64,000 nt of DNA from Candidatus Omnitrophota bacterium (GTDB taxonomy: Bacteria > Omnitrophota > Gorgyraeia > Gygaellales > Profunditerraquicolaceae): the NCBI GenBank assembly GCA_003598135.1, contig QZKA01000019.1, forward strand, positions 41,690 to 105,689, in the 5' to 3' direction. The position numbers and the translations under genes were made by a program. The first letter of the stretch is position 1. The number at the start of each line of letters is the position of its first letter. Positions 29,151-40,017 of this stretch are shown here, piece after piece. The notes beneath the pieces were generated by a model. That model did not search any database and was not told the DNA's origin. It worked only from the letters and a program-made list of their open reading frames with translations.

Positions 29151-29212
29151 GTCTTTTGCGTGTAAAATACGGAAAGAGACCTTTTTAAAAGAAGTGCCGT
29201 AACGCGGAGAGA

Positions 29213-29512
29213 TTATGTCTTTTTTGTGAGCCGGTTGATTCTTACCCTTTTGGCGTCAGACCAAAGCCGCTCCAAAGAATAAAACTCTCTCATTGCCTTA
29301 TTGAAAATATGTACTACCACACTGGAAAAATCCAAAACTACCCATCCCGATTCGTCGTGCGGCAGCGTTTTTGTGAGAGAGTTTATTCCCTGCGTACCTA
29401 ATTCTTCCTGCAGTATCTCGGCAAGGGACTGTATCTGCCTTTGGGATTGCGCGCTTAAGACAACGAAATAGTCGCAGAAATTAACGACCTGACGCATATC
29501 CAAAACGACCAC
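29213..29512 (-). CDS. rsfS: ribosome silencing factor RsfS (Iojap)
   Basis: 99 aa; the conserved block FCDYFVVLSAQSQRQIQSLAEIL...WVVLDFSSVVVHIF. Confidence 0.85.
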   Translation of the reverse strand: MVVLDMRQVVNFCDYFVVLSAQSQRQIQSLAEILQEELGTQGINSLTKTLPHDESGWVVLDFSSVVVHIFNKAMREFYSLERLWSDAKRVRINRLTKKT

Positions 29513-29591
29513 CTGCTGGGCCTTTTTATCCCTTGCAAGATTCGCGATATACAGAGCTATTTTTTTTGAATCTATGTGAGCGTGTCTCCTT

Positions 29592-29741
29592 TTATTGTTT
29601 CCCTAAAATTTTATACATGCCTGTGCCACATTCAGGGCATTTGCCTTTGACGGCTAACCTTTTATTCTTCATTGTTACTTTCTGCTCTTCTTTCATCTCT
29701 CTCTGCGTCTTGCATTTGACGCAATAACCTTTTTCTGCCAT
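29592..29741 (-). CDS. small zinc-ribbon protein of 49 aa (DUF5679-like)
   Basis: MAEKGYCVKCKTQREMKEEQKVTMKNKRLAVKGKCPECGTGMYKILGKQ, with two CxxC pairs. A strong AAAGGAGG RBS sits 6 nt upstream. The longer track ORF to 29816 lacks an RBS. Confidence 0.5.
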   Translation of the reverse strand: MAEKGYCVKCKTQREMKEEQKVTMKNKRLAVKGKCPECGTGMYKILGKQ

Positions 29742-29862
29742 TTCTTTCCTCCTTTTTGCTAACGCGGTTGTGTGATGAACTATGTTGCCTTGTATTTTTT
29801 TTGCAAAAATAAACACTTAATGAAATAATAATAACATACGTAACTACGCCTGTCAAATCTTA

Positions 29863-30891
29863 TTATTTCGGGTATTTCGCTTGTTGTTCATCAATCTCCC
29901 CCACAATCTCTTCTAAAAGATCTTCCAGGGTAACCAAGCCGAGCGTCTTTTTCTGTTCATCTGCCACGATAGCGATCTGAATTCTTTCTGACTGAAACTT
30001 CCTCAACAGCTCATTCACCTTAAGCGTAGGGGGTACATAATAAGGCTGGTGCAATAAGTCCTGTAGGAGAAACAACCCTTTGTCGCGCAGGATATAGAGC
30101 AGGTCGCGCGCATAGAGTACCCCGACGATAGTATCGAGGTTGCCCGCATACACAGGAAGCCTCGCATGGCCCTCTTCGATAAACACGCTTAAGATTTCAT
30201 CGGCGCTCATGTTTATGTTTAATGCTACCATTTTTTCCTTCGCCACCATCACATCTCCGACTTTTATATCGCCGAATTCAAAAATGCGGTAGAGCAGTTT
30301 ACGCTCTTCATCGCTTAAGACCCCCTCTTCTTTTCCGATCTCTATCATCATCCGGATTTCTTCTTCCGTAATCAGGGGTGAACGTTTGGCGGGGGCAATC
30401 TTTAGGAGACGTAAAATAAAATTACTGGTAGCGGTAAATATGACGATGAGGGGATGGAATATCTTGATAAACGCCTCCATCAGGGGCGCGGTAAAAAGGG
30501 CGATTTTCTCCGTATGTTTGGTAGCTAGAATCTTCGGGGTAATCTCGCAGAGGATCAGTACAAAGAAAGTCGAAGCGAAAGTAGACACGATGACCCCCCA
30601 ATGATAGCCTAAGACCTGCACCAATATACCTGTCACAATTGCCGATATGGCTATATTGACAAAATCGTTTCCGATTAAAATTGCCGCAATGAACTTATCC
30701 AGCTTAGTGACAAGCCGCTGGAGGCTTTGGGCGTGCCGCAAGCCCTTATTCACCATATGGCGCAGCCTTATCTTGCTTAAGCCGATGACCGCCGTTTCTG
30801 ACGCAGAAAAGAAAAAAGAAATCAACGCCAGAAAGAGCATAAATAAAAGGGTGATTGGTAACGATATAAAAACGTCCGCCGTATTCATCAT
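29863..30891 (-). CDS. CNNM/CorC-HlyC family transporter (DUF21 membrane domain plus a CBS pair)
   Basis: 342 aa; an N-terminal four-TM DUF21 region, then a CBS pair (VGDVMVAKEKMVAL...IVGVLYARDLL). The CorC C-terminal domain is short or absent. Confidence 0.75.
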   Translation of the reverse strand: MMNTADVFISLPITLLFMLFLALISFFFSASETAVIGLSKIRLRHMVNKGLRHAQSLQRLVTKLDKFIAAILIGNDFVNIAISAIVTGILVQVLGYHWGVIVSTFASTFFVLILCEITPKILATKHTEKIALFTAPLMEAFIKIFHPLIVIFTATSNFILRLLKIAPAKRSPLITEEEIRMMIEIGKEEGVLSDEERKLLYRIFEFGDIKVGDVMVAKEKMVALNINMSADEILSVFIEEGHARLPVYAGNLDTIVGVLYARDLLYILRDKGLFLLQDLLHQPYYVPPTLKVNELLRKFQSERIQIAIVADEQKKTLGLVTLEDLLEEIVGEIDEQQAKYPK

Positions 30892-32153
30892 ATCCTACAG
30901 ATGCGCTCGAGATCCTCCCGGCTTTCTTTCACGGGCCCGATAACCGCTAAATTAAGTTTTTCTTCCCTGAAAATGAAACGCGCTGCCTCGCGTACATCGT
31001 TGGCTTTAATATACCTGATCTCTTTTATAATCTCCTCTAAGGTATACACCTTATCCTGCGTAATGACTGATTCGCCAATCCAAAGCATGCGGTCAAGGGT
31101 ATCTTCAAGCGCCAGTTCAAGCTGCCCCAAATAAAAATCTTTTGCGCGCTTAAGTTCGCTTGCCTTGACCTGCGCCAACTTGATTTTATGCAATTCTGAC
31201 AGGATAACTGAAACCGCCTCTTTAAGCTTTGAGGTATCAATACCTGCATGGACCACAAAAGCACCTGTATCTTCAAAACGTTTCACCTGGGAGCCTATCT
31301 CGTACGCCAAGCCCCTCTTTTCTCTCAGCTCATTAAACAAACGGCTTGACATATTAGCGCCCAGCAGTATGTGCAATAAATCCACCGCGAATCTTAAAGG
31401 GTGTGTCCTGCTGACGCCATGGAACCCCAAGGCAAGATGCGTCTGCTCAGTATCTTTACGCAACAGATGTAGCCCCGGCTTCTTCTGGCCTTCTCTGGCC
31501 CTCGCAAAACTGGTCGTGGCCTTTTTCGTAAGGCTACCGAATCTATCCTGGGCGTAACGCATGAATACATCGTAGTTATAAGAACCGGCAACGCTTAAAA
31601 GGATGTTTCTTGCCGTATAGTACGTTTCTTTATATTCGCGTATATCCTGTCTCTGTATGCCAAGCACCGACTCTTCAGTTCCCGCAATGCTCATTCCCAA
31701 CGGCTGGTCTGGCCATAAAAGCTTATCAAGTAAATCGTATACATAATACTGGGGTAAATCCTTGTACATCTTTATCTCTTCTAAAATCACTGTCCTTTCT
31801 TTCTTCATTTCCTCGGGTGGCAGGAGAGGATGCAGCACCATGTCAGAGAGTATGTCCATCGCCACAGAAAGATATTGCTTGGGAATCTTTACTAAATAAC
31901 AGGTAAGCTCTTCTGAGGTAAAGCCGTTCAACGCCCCCCCCACTCCCTCAATCGATTCTTTAATCCTCCTGCATGAATAGCGCCTGCTTCCCTTAAACAA
32001 CAAGTGCTCGATGAAATGGCTTATGCCTTTTAACGAAGGATTCTCGTAGCGGCCTCCGACTTTTATCCATATACCGAATGCGACTGATTGCATATGCGAC
32101 ATGGGTTCGGCAACAATCTTGAGCCCGTTGGCAAGTACGGTTTTCTTATGCAT
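30888..32153 (-). CDS. M16-family (pitrilysin-type) zinc peptidase
   Basis: 421 aa; the inverted zincin motif HFIEHLLFKG (HxxEH) and a downstream E. Confidence 0.85.
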   Translation of the reverse strand: MHKKTVLANGLKIVAEPMSHMQSVAFGIWIKVGGRYENPSLKGISHFIEHLLFKGSRRYSCRRIKESIEGVGGALNGFTSEELTCYLVKIPKQYLSVAMDILSDMVLHPLLPPEEMKKERTVILEEIKMYKDLPQYYVYDLLDKLLWPDQPLGMSIAGTEESVLGIQRQDIREYKETYYTARNILLSVAGSYNYDVFMRYAQDRFGSLTKKATTSFARAREGQKKPGLHLLRKDTEQTHLALGFHGVSRTHPLRFAVDLLHILLGANMSSRLFNELREKRGLAYEIGSQVKRFEDTGAFVVHAGIDTSKLKEAVSVILSELHKIKLAQVKASELKRAKDFYLGQLELALEDTLDRMLWIGESVITQDKVYTLEEIIKEIRYIKANDVREAARFIFREEKLNLAVIGPVKESREDLERICRI

Positions 32154-32934
32154 CTTTTAACTCCCGGACAAAAGCGGCCACGCGTTGAATCATATCGGAA
32201 TAGCTAAGACTTTCTTTGATCTTCTTTATGATGGCACTACCTACGATGACACCGTCGGCAACCCGATATACCTGCCTTACCTGAGAAGGAACGGATATGC
32301 CAAAGCCCACACAGACGGGCTTTGTGGTTATGTGTTTAATTTGCCGAACTCTTCGCGCCAGGTCCGCAACCATACTGGTTCTGGGCCCGGTAATACCCTC
32401 TAGGGAAATATAATAAATAAACCCTTTAGCGCTTGAAGCAATAGCTTTACTACGCGCCGGACTGCTGGTCGGCGAGATAAAAGGTATTATATCGACCCCT
32501 ACGCGGAGGGCTGCCACAGCCAACGTGCGCGCCTCTTCGAAAGGCAGATCGGGGATAAGCACACCATCCACCCCTGCGGCATGCGCCTGTTCAATAAAAG
32601 CTGTCTCGCCGAAACAGAAAATTGGGTTATAATAAGACATAAGGCATAAGGGAATAGCAACATCGTTTCGCAGCTGCTTTACTGTGTGCAGTATAGCCTT
32701 AAGTGTAACTTTGTTTTTCAATGCCGCCACAGACGCCTCCTGGATGAGCGGGCCGTCTGCGATAGGATCGGAAAAAGGAACCCCTAATTCAATGATATCC
32801 ACCCCGCTTTCGGCAAAGGCACGCACCAGTTTCTTCGTAATGGAGAGGCTCGGGTAGCCGGCGGTGATAAAGGCAATAAATGCCTTTTTTTTGCTTTTCT
32901 TTAATTCCCTGAATGTCTTTTCTATCCTATTCAT
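32146..32934 (-). CDS. trpA: tryptophan synthase alpha chain
   Basis: 262 aa; GYPS..., [19 protein letters not shown]. Confidence 0.9.
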   Translation of the reverse strand: MNRIEKTFRELKKSKKKAFIAFITAGYPSLSITKKLVRAFAESGVDIIELGVPFSDPIADGPLIQEASVAALKNKVTLKAILHTVKQLRNDVAIPLCLMSYYNPIFCFGETAFIEQAHAAGVDGVLIPDLPFEEARTLAVAALRVGVDIIPFISPTSSPARSKAIASSAKGFIYYISLEGITGPRTSMVADLARRVRQIKHITTKPVCVGFGISVPSQVRQVYRVADGVIVGSAIIKKIKESLSYSDMIQRVAAFVRELKDA

Positions 32935-34121
32935 AAGTGTAATGCGGTAATAGCGGTCCCCATGTCTTTATCTCCTCTGCCGGAAAGACAAAGGATTACT
33001 ATTGCATCCTTGGGTATACGCGTCTCTTCTGCCGCTTTTTTTAAATATCCGAGTGCGTGTGCTGGCTCAAGCGCAGGGATAATGCCTTCAGCGCGGGAAA
33101 GCAGCTTGAATCCCTCCAGCGCTTGGCGGTCATCCACTGCCACATATACAGCCCTTCTGATAGCCTTTAAATAGGCATGCTCCGGTCCCACCCCCGGATA
33201 ATCAAGGCCCGCGGCAATAGAATGCGCAGGCAGAATCTGTCCGTCATGGTCTTCTAAGACTTGTGACTTTGCCCCATGCAGGATTCCAGTTCTGCCGCTT
33301 ACCAGGGTTGCGGAGTGTTTGCCTGAACGTAAACCAAAACCGGCAGCTTCCACGCCGATACATTTGACTTTTGTATCATTAAGAAAAGGGTAAAATAATC
33401 CTATGGCATTACTTCCCGCCCCTACGCAGGCAACCAAATAATCGGGAAGTTTTTTTTCCTTCTTTAAAATTTGCGTTCTCGCTTCACGGCCTATCACCGA
33501 TTGGTAATCTCTCACAATCATAGGGTAGGGGTGCGGGCCTACTACCGAACCGAGGATATAATGGGTTGTCTTTACGTGAGTGACCCAATCACGCATTGCT
33601 TCGTTTATCGCATCCTTAAGCGTTGCCGAACCGCTTTCAACCGGAACTACGCCTGCGCCCAGTAATTTCATGCGGGATACATTAAGCTCCTGCCTGTGTA
33701 TATCCTCTTTGCCCATATACACGATACATTCCAGCCCGAATAACGCACAGACCGTTGCCACAGCTACGCCGTGCTGACCTGCGCCTGTTTCGGCAATAAT
33801 GCGCTTCTTCCCCATCCTTAGCGCAAGCAGTATCTGGCCTAGGGTATTATTTATTTTATGCGCGCCCGTGTGGAGTAAATCCTCCCGCTTAAGATATATT
33901 TTACGTATCTTAAGGCCCTTGCTAAGGTTTTCAGCCAGATACAAGGGTGTCGGCCTACCAGCATATTCGCGCAGGTAATACTGAAGTTTCTTGCCAAAGG
34001 CTGAGTCACCCTTTGCGCGTACATATGCCTCTTCTAATTCATTGAGGGCAGCCATAAGGGTCTCTGGCACGAACCTCCCACCAAAATCCCCGAAGTATCC
34101 TTTTTTATCCGGTATACGCAT
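32931..34121 (-). CDS. trpB: tryptophan synthase beta chain
   Basis: 396 aa; GGRPTPLY and the PLP-binding HTGAHKINN. Confidence 0.95.
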   Translation of the reverse strand: MRIPDKKGYFGDFGGRFVPETLMAALNELEEAYVRAKGDSAFGKKLQYYLREYAGRPTPLYLAENLSKGLKIRKIYLKREDLLHTGAHKINNTLGQILLALRMGKKRIIAETGAGQHGVAVATVCALFGLECIVYMGKEDIHRQELNVSRMKLLGAGVVPVESGSATLKDAINEAMRDWVTHVKTTHYILGSVVGPHPYPMIVRDYQSVIGREARTQILKKEKKLPDYLVACVGAGSNAIGLFYPFLNDTKVKCIGVEAAGFGLRSGKHSATLVSGRTGILHGAKSQVLEDHDGQILPAHSIAAGLDYPGVGPEHAYLKAIRRAVYVAVDDRQALEGFKLLSRAEGIIPALEPAHALGYLKKAAEETRIPKDAIVILCLSGRGDKDMGTAITALHL

Positions 34122-34207
34122 AGTGGATAACCCCCCTACATAGAAATCGCCATAATGTCGCCATTATAGAGAAAATCGGACTCCGTGTCAATGTAAGAAG
34201 ACCCCCT

Positions 34208-34759
34208 TTATCTGTCTAGTAGCCTAAAAGAATTGGTGATCAAGCGCGCGTCAGCCACATAACGTTCAAATTCATCAGGCATGGCTACGTAGGTGATAAT
34301 ATATCCTTTATTCCTATGTACGAAAATTGTCTGAAGGCATTTGGCAAAGACGCCACGCTCAAGCGTTGAAAAAAGCAACGCGTATGCCTCCTGCTTGTTC
34401 TTCAGTCTTATTTTCTTTACCTGAGCTACTTTCGTGCTTGAGGTCGGCTCTTCGAGCGCCTCTCTGGTCGCTTTATAATATTGATTGAGGGTGAGTGAAT
34501 TACTGCCAAAATTCTGTACGATAATATTGATACTCTCAAAAAAGATATCATTCTCATTACTGCGCGGCGATATAAAACTCACTATCCCGCCACCGCCAAT
34601 ATCGCTGACCGTAAAAGATGCGGGATAACGTACGGTGTAGCGAAAAAGGCCGTTTTTATACGTCAGGAGCGCTGGGTTATAAGAAAATAAAAGAAACCAT
34701 ATCCCCGCCGCTATCGCTGCCACCGCCGAAGCAATAATGAATTTATGTTTTGTTTTCAT
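34208..34759 (-). CDS. hypothetical membrane-anchored protein, inserted within the trp operon
   Basis: 183 aa; an N-terminal TM helix (FIIASAVAAIAAGIWFLLF) and no recognisable catalytic motif. Confidence 0.4.
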   Translation of the reverse strand: MKTKHKFIIASAVAAIAAGIWFLLFSYNPALLTYKNGLFRYTVRYPASFTVSDIGGGGIVSFISPRSNENDIFFESINIIVQNFGSNSLTLNQYYKATREALEEPTSSTKVAQVKKIRLKNKQEAYALLFSTLERGVFAKCLQTIFVHRNKGYIITYVAMPDEFERYVADARLITNSFRLLDR

Positions 34760-34785
34760 TTTCTCATCCTTTTGCGTGAAAGGGC

Positions 34786-35418
34786 CTAATTTGTCTTTAC
34801 CGCCCGGATAAACCTTTTGACTTTGCCGTGATGCTTTTTACCGGCGGATAATTCTACAGCACTGGATACATCAACCCACTGGGGTTTTACCGCTGTTATC
34901 GCCCTGCGCACATTGCGTTCGTTAAGGCCGCCTGATAAAAATATGGGCCTTCGTAAAGCAGTAAAATGGCGCATAAGGCTCCAATCAAACGTCTTTCCGG
35001 TACCGCCGGGCTTTGACGCGCTAAATGCATCAAAGAGATAGGCAAACACCCGGTAATGCTCGATACTTTTAAAGCTGTGTGTATCTTGTATCCTGAAGGC
35101 CTTGATTATCCTCTTTTTCCCGAAGCGGTTGCAGAACGCAACAGATTCGTTCCCGTGAAATTGCAACATATCGAAACGGCACATCCTGTCTATGGTCCGG
35201 ATCGTTTTTTCTCTTGCGTTTACGAATACGCCTATTCGTATCACCCTCCTGGGAAGCAGACGCATGATAGCCTTGGCGTTGCGGGGAGAAATATAACGCG
35301 GACTCTTTTTATAGAACACAAAACCGAGCGCATCGTAGCCGGAATCTACGGCACTCCTAGCATCCTCGGCATTGGTAATCCCGCAGATTTTTACCTTCAC
35401 TGCCTTGCCTGTTACCAA
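34786..35418 (-). CDS. trpF: phosphoribosylanthranilate isomerase
   Basis: 210 aa; KICGITNAEDA... of the TIM-barrel PRAI family. Confidence 0.85.
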   Translation of the reverse strand: MVTGKAVKVKICGITNAEDARSAVDSGYDALGFVFYKKSPRYISPRNAKAIMRLLPRRVIRIGVFVNAREKTIRTIDRMCRFDMLQFHGNESVAFCNRFGKKRIIKAFRIQDTHSFKSIEHYRVFAYLFDAFSASKPGGTGKTFDWSLMRHFTALRRPIFLSGGLNERNVRRAITAVKPQWVDVSSAVELSAGKKHHGKVKRFIRAVKTN

Positions 35419-36275
35419 CCCATCAACTCCTGTATTGTATTGACAATATGCGGTGAACGCAAAAGGGCTTCACCTACAAGGATCGCATTGACTCCGAAGA
35501 TTTTTAAAAAGAGGGTGTCCTGATAACTCTTTATCCCGCTCTCAACCACAGTCACCCTCTCTCTCGGGATCAAAGGAAAAAGCCTTTCAGTTGTTTTAAA
35601 ATCGACTTGGAGCGTATGCAAATTACGGTTGTTTATTCCGATTGCAAAAGAAATCTCTTTGTGTGTTGCTCGGCCTGGCACCTTTTTTCCTGCATGGGCC
35701 TCAGGCGCTTCAGGCAAAGGGACTTTTAGTCCGAGCATTTTCTTAAGCTCTTTTTCCTCGTGTACCTCAACCAGGCATTCAAGACCAAGGCCTTGGGCCA
35801 GCGTAATCAATTCCTGAATTTTTTCTTTGGAAAGCAAATCCGCGATAAGAAGCACGGCATCCGCACCGAACGCGCGTGATTCATAAATCTGATAGGGTTC
35901 AAAAATAAAATCCTTGCGCAATAAAGGGATGCCGCTAACTGCGCCTTTGACATCGCTTAAATACGAAATGCTCCCCTGAAAAAAGTCTTCTTCCGTCAGT
36001 ACTGATATGGCGGCAACGCCTGCCTCCTGGTAACAACGTGCGATCTGCGCAGGATTAAAATCCTGGCAAATGACCCCGCTTGAAGGTGAAGCCTTTTTGA
36101 TTTCTGCGATGAGAGAAAGGACGCGGGGCTTGGAGATGGCCTCCAAAAACGGCAGCGTAGGTCCAAGGGTAAGTATTTTAGAACGCAACATTTCTTCCGA
36201 GCATTGCTGCCTTGCCAGAATAATCTTTTCGGTCTTTTTTGCAATAATATCTTTTAAGACATCTGCCTTCTTCAT
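35412..36275 (-). CDS. trpC: indole-3-glycerol-phosphate synthase
   Basis: 287 aa; IAEIKKASPSSGVI, INNRNL. Confidence 0.9.
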   Translation of the reverse strand: MKKADVLKDIIAKKTEKIILARQQCSEEMLRSKILTLGPTLPFLEAISKPRVLSLIAEIKKASPSSGVICQDFNPAQIARCYQEAGVAAISVLTEEDFFQGSISYLSDVKGAVSGIPLLRKDFIFEPYQIYESRAFGADAVLLIADLLSKEKIQELITLAQGLGLECLVEVHEEKELKKMLGLKVPLPEAPEAHAGKKVPGRATHKEISFAIGINNRNLHTLQVDFKTTERLFPLIPRERVTVVESGIKSYQDTLFLKIFGVNAILVGEALLRSPHIVNTIQELMGW

Positions 36276-37294
36276 TACAATCCTTCCTCATTAGAACATG
36301 CTTTTAGGAGAGCCAATTTTTCCAGTGCCTTTCCCGAATCTATAGAAACACAGGCAAGCCTAAGCCCTTCTTTAATCGAAGCTGCTTTATCCGCCGCATA
36401 AATAGCGCAGGCAGCGTTCAAGAGCACTATATCACGGTAAGGGCCGGTTTTACCGCTTAAGACACCGGTGAGGATCTTTGCGTTATCACTGGCAGTGCCG
36501 CCTTTAAGTTCCTCAAGGCCAACCAGCATAAGTCCGAAATCCTCCGGAGATATACGGTAATTTTTCAACAAGCTTCCTTTTGCATCGGAAACAAAGGTTG
36601 AGCCGGTAGTAGTTGCTTCATCGAGACCGTCCTCGCCGTGTACGACAAGGGCATGTTTAGTCCCTAAATTACAGAGTGTGCGTGCCAGGGGCTCTGTCAG
36701 TTTCCTGTCATAGACGCCTACCAGTTGATGCGTAGCTCCCGCTGGATTCACCAGGGGCCCGAGGATGTTAAAAATGGTTCTTGTGCCTATCTGTTTCCTT
36801 GCCGGCATTGCATACTTCATTGCCGGATGCATTGCAGGCGCAAATAAAAAGGCTATTCCTATCTTCTTAAGGCAGCTGATAATTTTTTCTCTGTCCATAT
36901 TGATATTGATGCCCATGGCCTCAAGGATGTCGGCGCTGCCTGACATGCTTGAGATCGAACGGTTGCCGTGCTTTGCAACGGTAATACCCGCACCGCAGGC
37001 AACAAAGGCAACCGCCGTAGAAACGTTAAAGGTGCCTTTCTTATCCCCTCCTGTACCGCAGGTATCCAGCACGATATCTTCATCTACGCTAATCTTTACT
37101 GCGTGTGTACGCATCACCGAAACCGCAGCCGTTAATTCCTCAACAGTCTCTCCTTTTTTCCCCAGCTCCACTAAGAAAGAGACAACGGCATCGGTAGAGA
37201 TGGCTCCGGTCATGATTTCTTCCATGGCCGAGCGCATCTGCCCTGAAGTCAAATCCTTTCCCGCCTTAAGTGTTTCTGTCGCTTCGCGAATCAT
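36275..37294 (-). CDS. trpD: anthranilate phosphoribosyltransferase
   Basis: 339 aa; CGTGGDKKGTFNVST, HGNRSISS. Confidence 0.9.
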   Translation of the reverse strand: MIREATETLKAGKDLTSGQMRSAMEEIMTGAISTDAVVSFLVELGKKGETVEELTAAVSVMRTHAVKISVDEDIVLDTCGTGGDKKGTFNVSTAVAFVACGAGITVAKHGNRSISSMSGSADILEAMGININMDREKIISCLKKIGIAFLFAPAMHPAMKYAMPARKQIGTRTIFNILGPLVNPAGATHQLVGVYDRKLTEPLARTLCNLGTKHALVVHGEDGLDEATTTGSTFVSDAKGSLLKNYRISPEDFGLMLVGLEELKGGTASDNAKILTGVLSGKTGPYRDIVLLNAACAIYAADKAASIKEGLRLACVSIDSGKALEKLALLKACSNEEGL

Positions 37295-37303
37295 AGAATA
37301 AAT

Positions 37304-37921
37304 TTAGAGATATCGCCTGCCGTAAGCCTTGACCTGCTGCAGGAAATTCCCAAGCAATTGTTTACCGGCGTGTGTGAGTATTGATTCCGGATGGAATTGA
37401 ACCCCCCACAGGGGTAGATCCCTGTGTTTCAACCCCATGATCTCTGCCTCTTTTGTCCAGGCAGTGATAAGGAGGCAATCAGGCAGACCTTTCTTTTCTA
37501 CCAAAAGCGAATGGTAACGCGTCGCCTCAAAAGGGTTTTCTATGTTTTTAAAAATAGTTTTTTTATCATGATAAATCCATGAAGTCTTGCCGTGCATAAT
37601 CTTCTTGGCTATCCCCACCTTAGCTCCGAATGCATAGCCGATGCACTGATGGCCAAGGCATACACCCAGTATCGCAACGGTACCCGCAAAACACTCAATA
37701 AGCTGGCAGGAGATCCCTGCGTTTTCGGGCCTGCCTGGGCCAGGAGAAATCACAATACAATCAGGCCTAAGCCTCCGGATTCTTTCAAGGGTAATCTTGT
37801 CATTACGGAATACTTTTACTACCTGTCCGAGTTCCTGGAAATATTGCACTAGGTTATAGGTAAAAGAATCGTAGTTGTCAATTACCAGAAGCATGGCTAT
37901 TCCTTTTCCCTTTTGATACAA
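37304..37921 (-). CDS. trpG: anthranilate synthase component II, a glutamine amidotransferase (TrpG/PabA type)
   Basis: A class I GATase: [11 protein letters not shown], catalytic GVCLGHQ, and HPES near the C-terminus. The alternative start MLLVIDNY at 37894 would avoid the 25-nt overlap with murA. Confidence 0.88.
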   Translation of the reverse strand: MYQKGKGIAMLLVIDNYDSFTYNLVQYFQELGQVVKVFRNDKITLERIRRLRPDCIVISPGPGRPENAGISCQLIECFAGTVAILGVCLGHQCIGYAFGAKVGIAKKIMHGKTSWIYHDKKTIFKNIENPFEATRYHSLLVEKKGLPDCLLITAWTKEAEIMGLKHRDLPLWGVQFHPESILTHAGKQLLGNFLQQVKAYGRRYL

Positions 37922-39159
37922 GCGCCCAATTGCTGCAACTTTATGTCTAAATTCTCGTATCCCCGCTCAAGATGATAAATCCTGGAGATAGAAGTAGTTC
38001 CTTTTGCAGCGAGTCCGGCCAAGACTAGGCTTGCCGACGCCCTGAGGTCGGAAGCCATGACTGGGGCACCGGAAAGTTGCTTGACCCCTTCTACGATTGC
38101 ACTAGGGCCCTCGCGCTGGATGGACGCTCCCATACGGTTAAGTTCTGCCACATGCATGAACCTGTCAGGGTAGACCTTTTCGGTGATCACACTCACTCCG
38201 GGCGTAACGCTCATCAGGCTCATCATCTGCGCCTGCATATCGGTAGGAAAGCCCGGATACGGTAACGTAGTAACATTCACAGAATGTAGTCTGCGCCGGC
38301 TATATACACGCAGCGAACTATCCGACTTCCTTACTGAGGCACCGGACTCTAAAAGCTTGTCAATCACTGCCCCTAAATGCTGAAAATTGACGTTTTTAAT
38401 CAGGATATCCCCCCTGGTCATTAACGCAGCTACCATGAAGGTGCCTGCTTCAATACGGTCAGGTATTATCTTATGCTCTGCTCCATGTAGGCGCTTGACT
38501 CCTTCTATCTCAATAATCGGTGTGCCATGTCCTTTGACTTTTGCGCCCATCTTCACCAAGAATGCTGCGAGGTCCTGTACTTCCGGCTCGCACGCTGCCG
38601 CTTCAATTATCGTCTTGCCCTTACCCAACACCGCAGCCATGAGTAAATTATCTGTGGCCAGCACAGAAGAGCCGAATGTGCCGCCCAGATATATATAACC
38701 TCCCTTGAGAGACTTGGCGCACGCGATCACGTACCCCGCATCAATCTTGATATCCACACCCAAAGCCTTTAAACCCTTTAAATGCAGATCAACCGGTCTC
38801 ACTCCTATAATGCAACCGCCGGGAAGCGATACCTTTGCTTCTTTGTATTTGCCGATGAGCGGCCCTAACACGCAGAAAGAAGCACGCATCGTAGAAACAA
38901 GCTTATAATCGGCTACCACGCTATGCTTCCTCGTAGAATTCACCTTAGCTACACCGTTATCAAAAAAAACCTCTTTACCCAAAGAACGCAGGATCTTTAA
39001 CATAGTGATGGTATCACGCAAATGCGGGACCCCCCTGATTACGCAAGGCTCATCGGTCAGCAGTGTGGCAGCAAGTATGGGTAGTGATGCATTTTTTGAT
39101 CCGGAAACAACCACCTCTCCCTTAAGTTGCGTTCTACCGCGAATAATTAATTTATCCAT
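37897..39159 (-). CDS. murA: UDP-N-acetylglucosamine 1-carboxyvinyltransferase
   Basis: 420 aa; the EPSP-synthase-fold MurA family, with an active-site Cys in [15 protein letters not shown]. Confidence 0.93.
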   Translation of the reverse strand: MDKLIIRGRTQLKGEVVVSGSKNASLPILAATLLTDEPCVIRGVPHLRDTITMLKILRSLGKEVFFDNGVAKVNSTRKHSVVADYKLVSTMRASFCVLGPLIGKYKEAKVSLPGGCIIGVRPVDLHLKGLKALGVDIKIDAGYVIACAKSLKGGYIYLGGTFGSSVLATDNLLMAAVLGKGKTIIEAAACEPEVQDLAAFLVKMGAKVKGHGTPIIEIEGVKRLHGAEHKIIPDRIEAGTFMVAALMTRGDILIKNVNFQHLGAVIDKLLESGASVRKSDSSLRVYSRRRLHSVNVTTLPYPGFPTDMQAQMMSLMSVTPGVSVITEKVYPDRFMHVAELNRMGASIQREGPSAIVEGVKQLSGAPVMASDLRASASLVLAGLAAKGTTSISRIYHLERGYENLDIKLQQLGACIKREKE

Positions 39160-39165
39160 CGTCTC

Positions 39166-40005
39166 TCACTTCATCCTTCCTTTATCATCCAGACAAGCGC
39201 TGCCAATCCTGGCGCGCGCTACGATTACACGCTCAATCCCACTATAATCCTTAATAACCTTGGTTACCTCGAAAACTCCCTGTGCCTGAAAAATCTCAAC
39301 TACCGCATCTTTCTGATTGCTGCCTACTTCAACTACAACTGCGCCGTCGGCTTTCAAAAAACGAGGAGCATCCGCACTAATCCTTCTATAGAAATCAAGA
39401 CCGTCAAGTCCTCCGTCAAGGGCAACAAACGGCTGATTCCGCACTTCTGGCGCAAGGTGCGCTATTTCACACTGCCGTATATACGGAGGGTTGCTTACTA
39501 TCATATCAAAAGTCCTACCATCCAATGCAGGGCTTGCGAATAAATCGCTGTGTATATAATTAATACGGTCCTCTAAGCCGTACAGCCTTGCGTTTGCCTG
39601 CGCACGCGCAAGGGCCCTCCTAGAAATATCTACTGCAAAAAACTGTGCCTGCGGCAACCAGCGTGCAAGGGCTATGGCGATAACCCCGGCGCCTGTGCCC
39701 AAATCCATGATACGTACGCACTCTTTCTTTTGAAGACGCAAAGAGGTAATGCAGGAGAAGGCTTCTTCTATGACCAATTCTGTTTCCGGCCGGGGAATAA
39801 ACACATCTGCATCTACCTTGAATTCCAGCCCCATGCATTCGGCATCCCCCAGGATATATTCCAAAGGAACGCCCTCAATCCTTTTCTTCAACGCCCCTGA
39901 AAGAAAAAGGGTTTCTCTCCTGCCAAGCTTCCTGTGCCCATCAAGGTAGAGAAGCGCACGGTCACATCGCAAGAGCCTGCTCAATAATATCTCGGCTTCA
40001 TTCAT
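39166..40005 (-). CDS. prmC: release-factor glutamine N5-methyltransferase
   Basis: 279 aa; a SAM-binding region (MDLGTGAGVIAIAL) and the NPPY motif (IVSNPPYI). It lies directly downstream of prfA. Confidence 0.85.
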   Translation of the reverse strand: MNEAEILLSRLLRCDRALLYLDGHRKLGRRETLFLSGALKKRIEGVPLEYILGDAECMGLEFKVDADVFIPRPETELVIEEAFSCITSLRLQKKECVRIMDLGTGAGVIAIALARWLPQAQFFAVDISRRALARAQANARLYGLEDRINYIHSDLFASPALDGRTFDMIVSNPPYIRQCEIAHLAPEVRNQPFVALDGGLDGLDFYRRISADAPRFLKADGAVVVEVGSNQKDAVVEIFQAQGVFEVTKVIKDYSGIERVIVARARIGSACLDDKGRMK

Positions 40006-40017
40006 CGCACATCGCCT

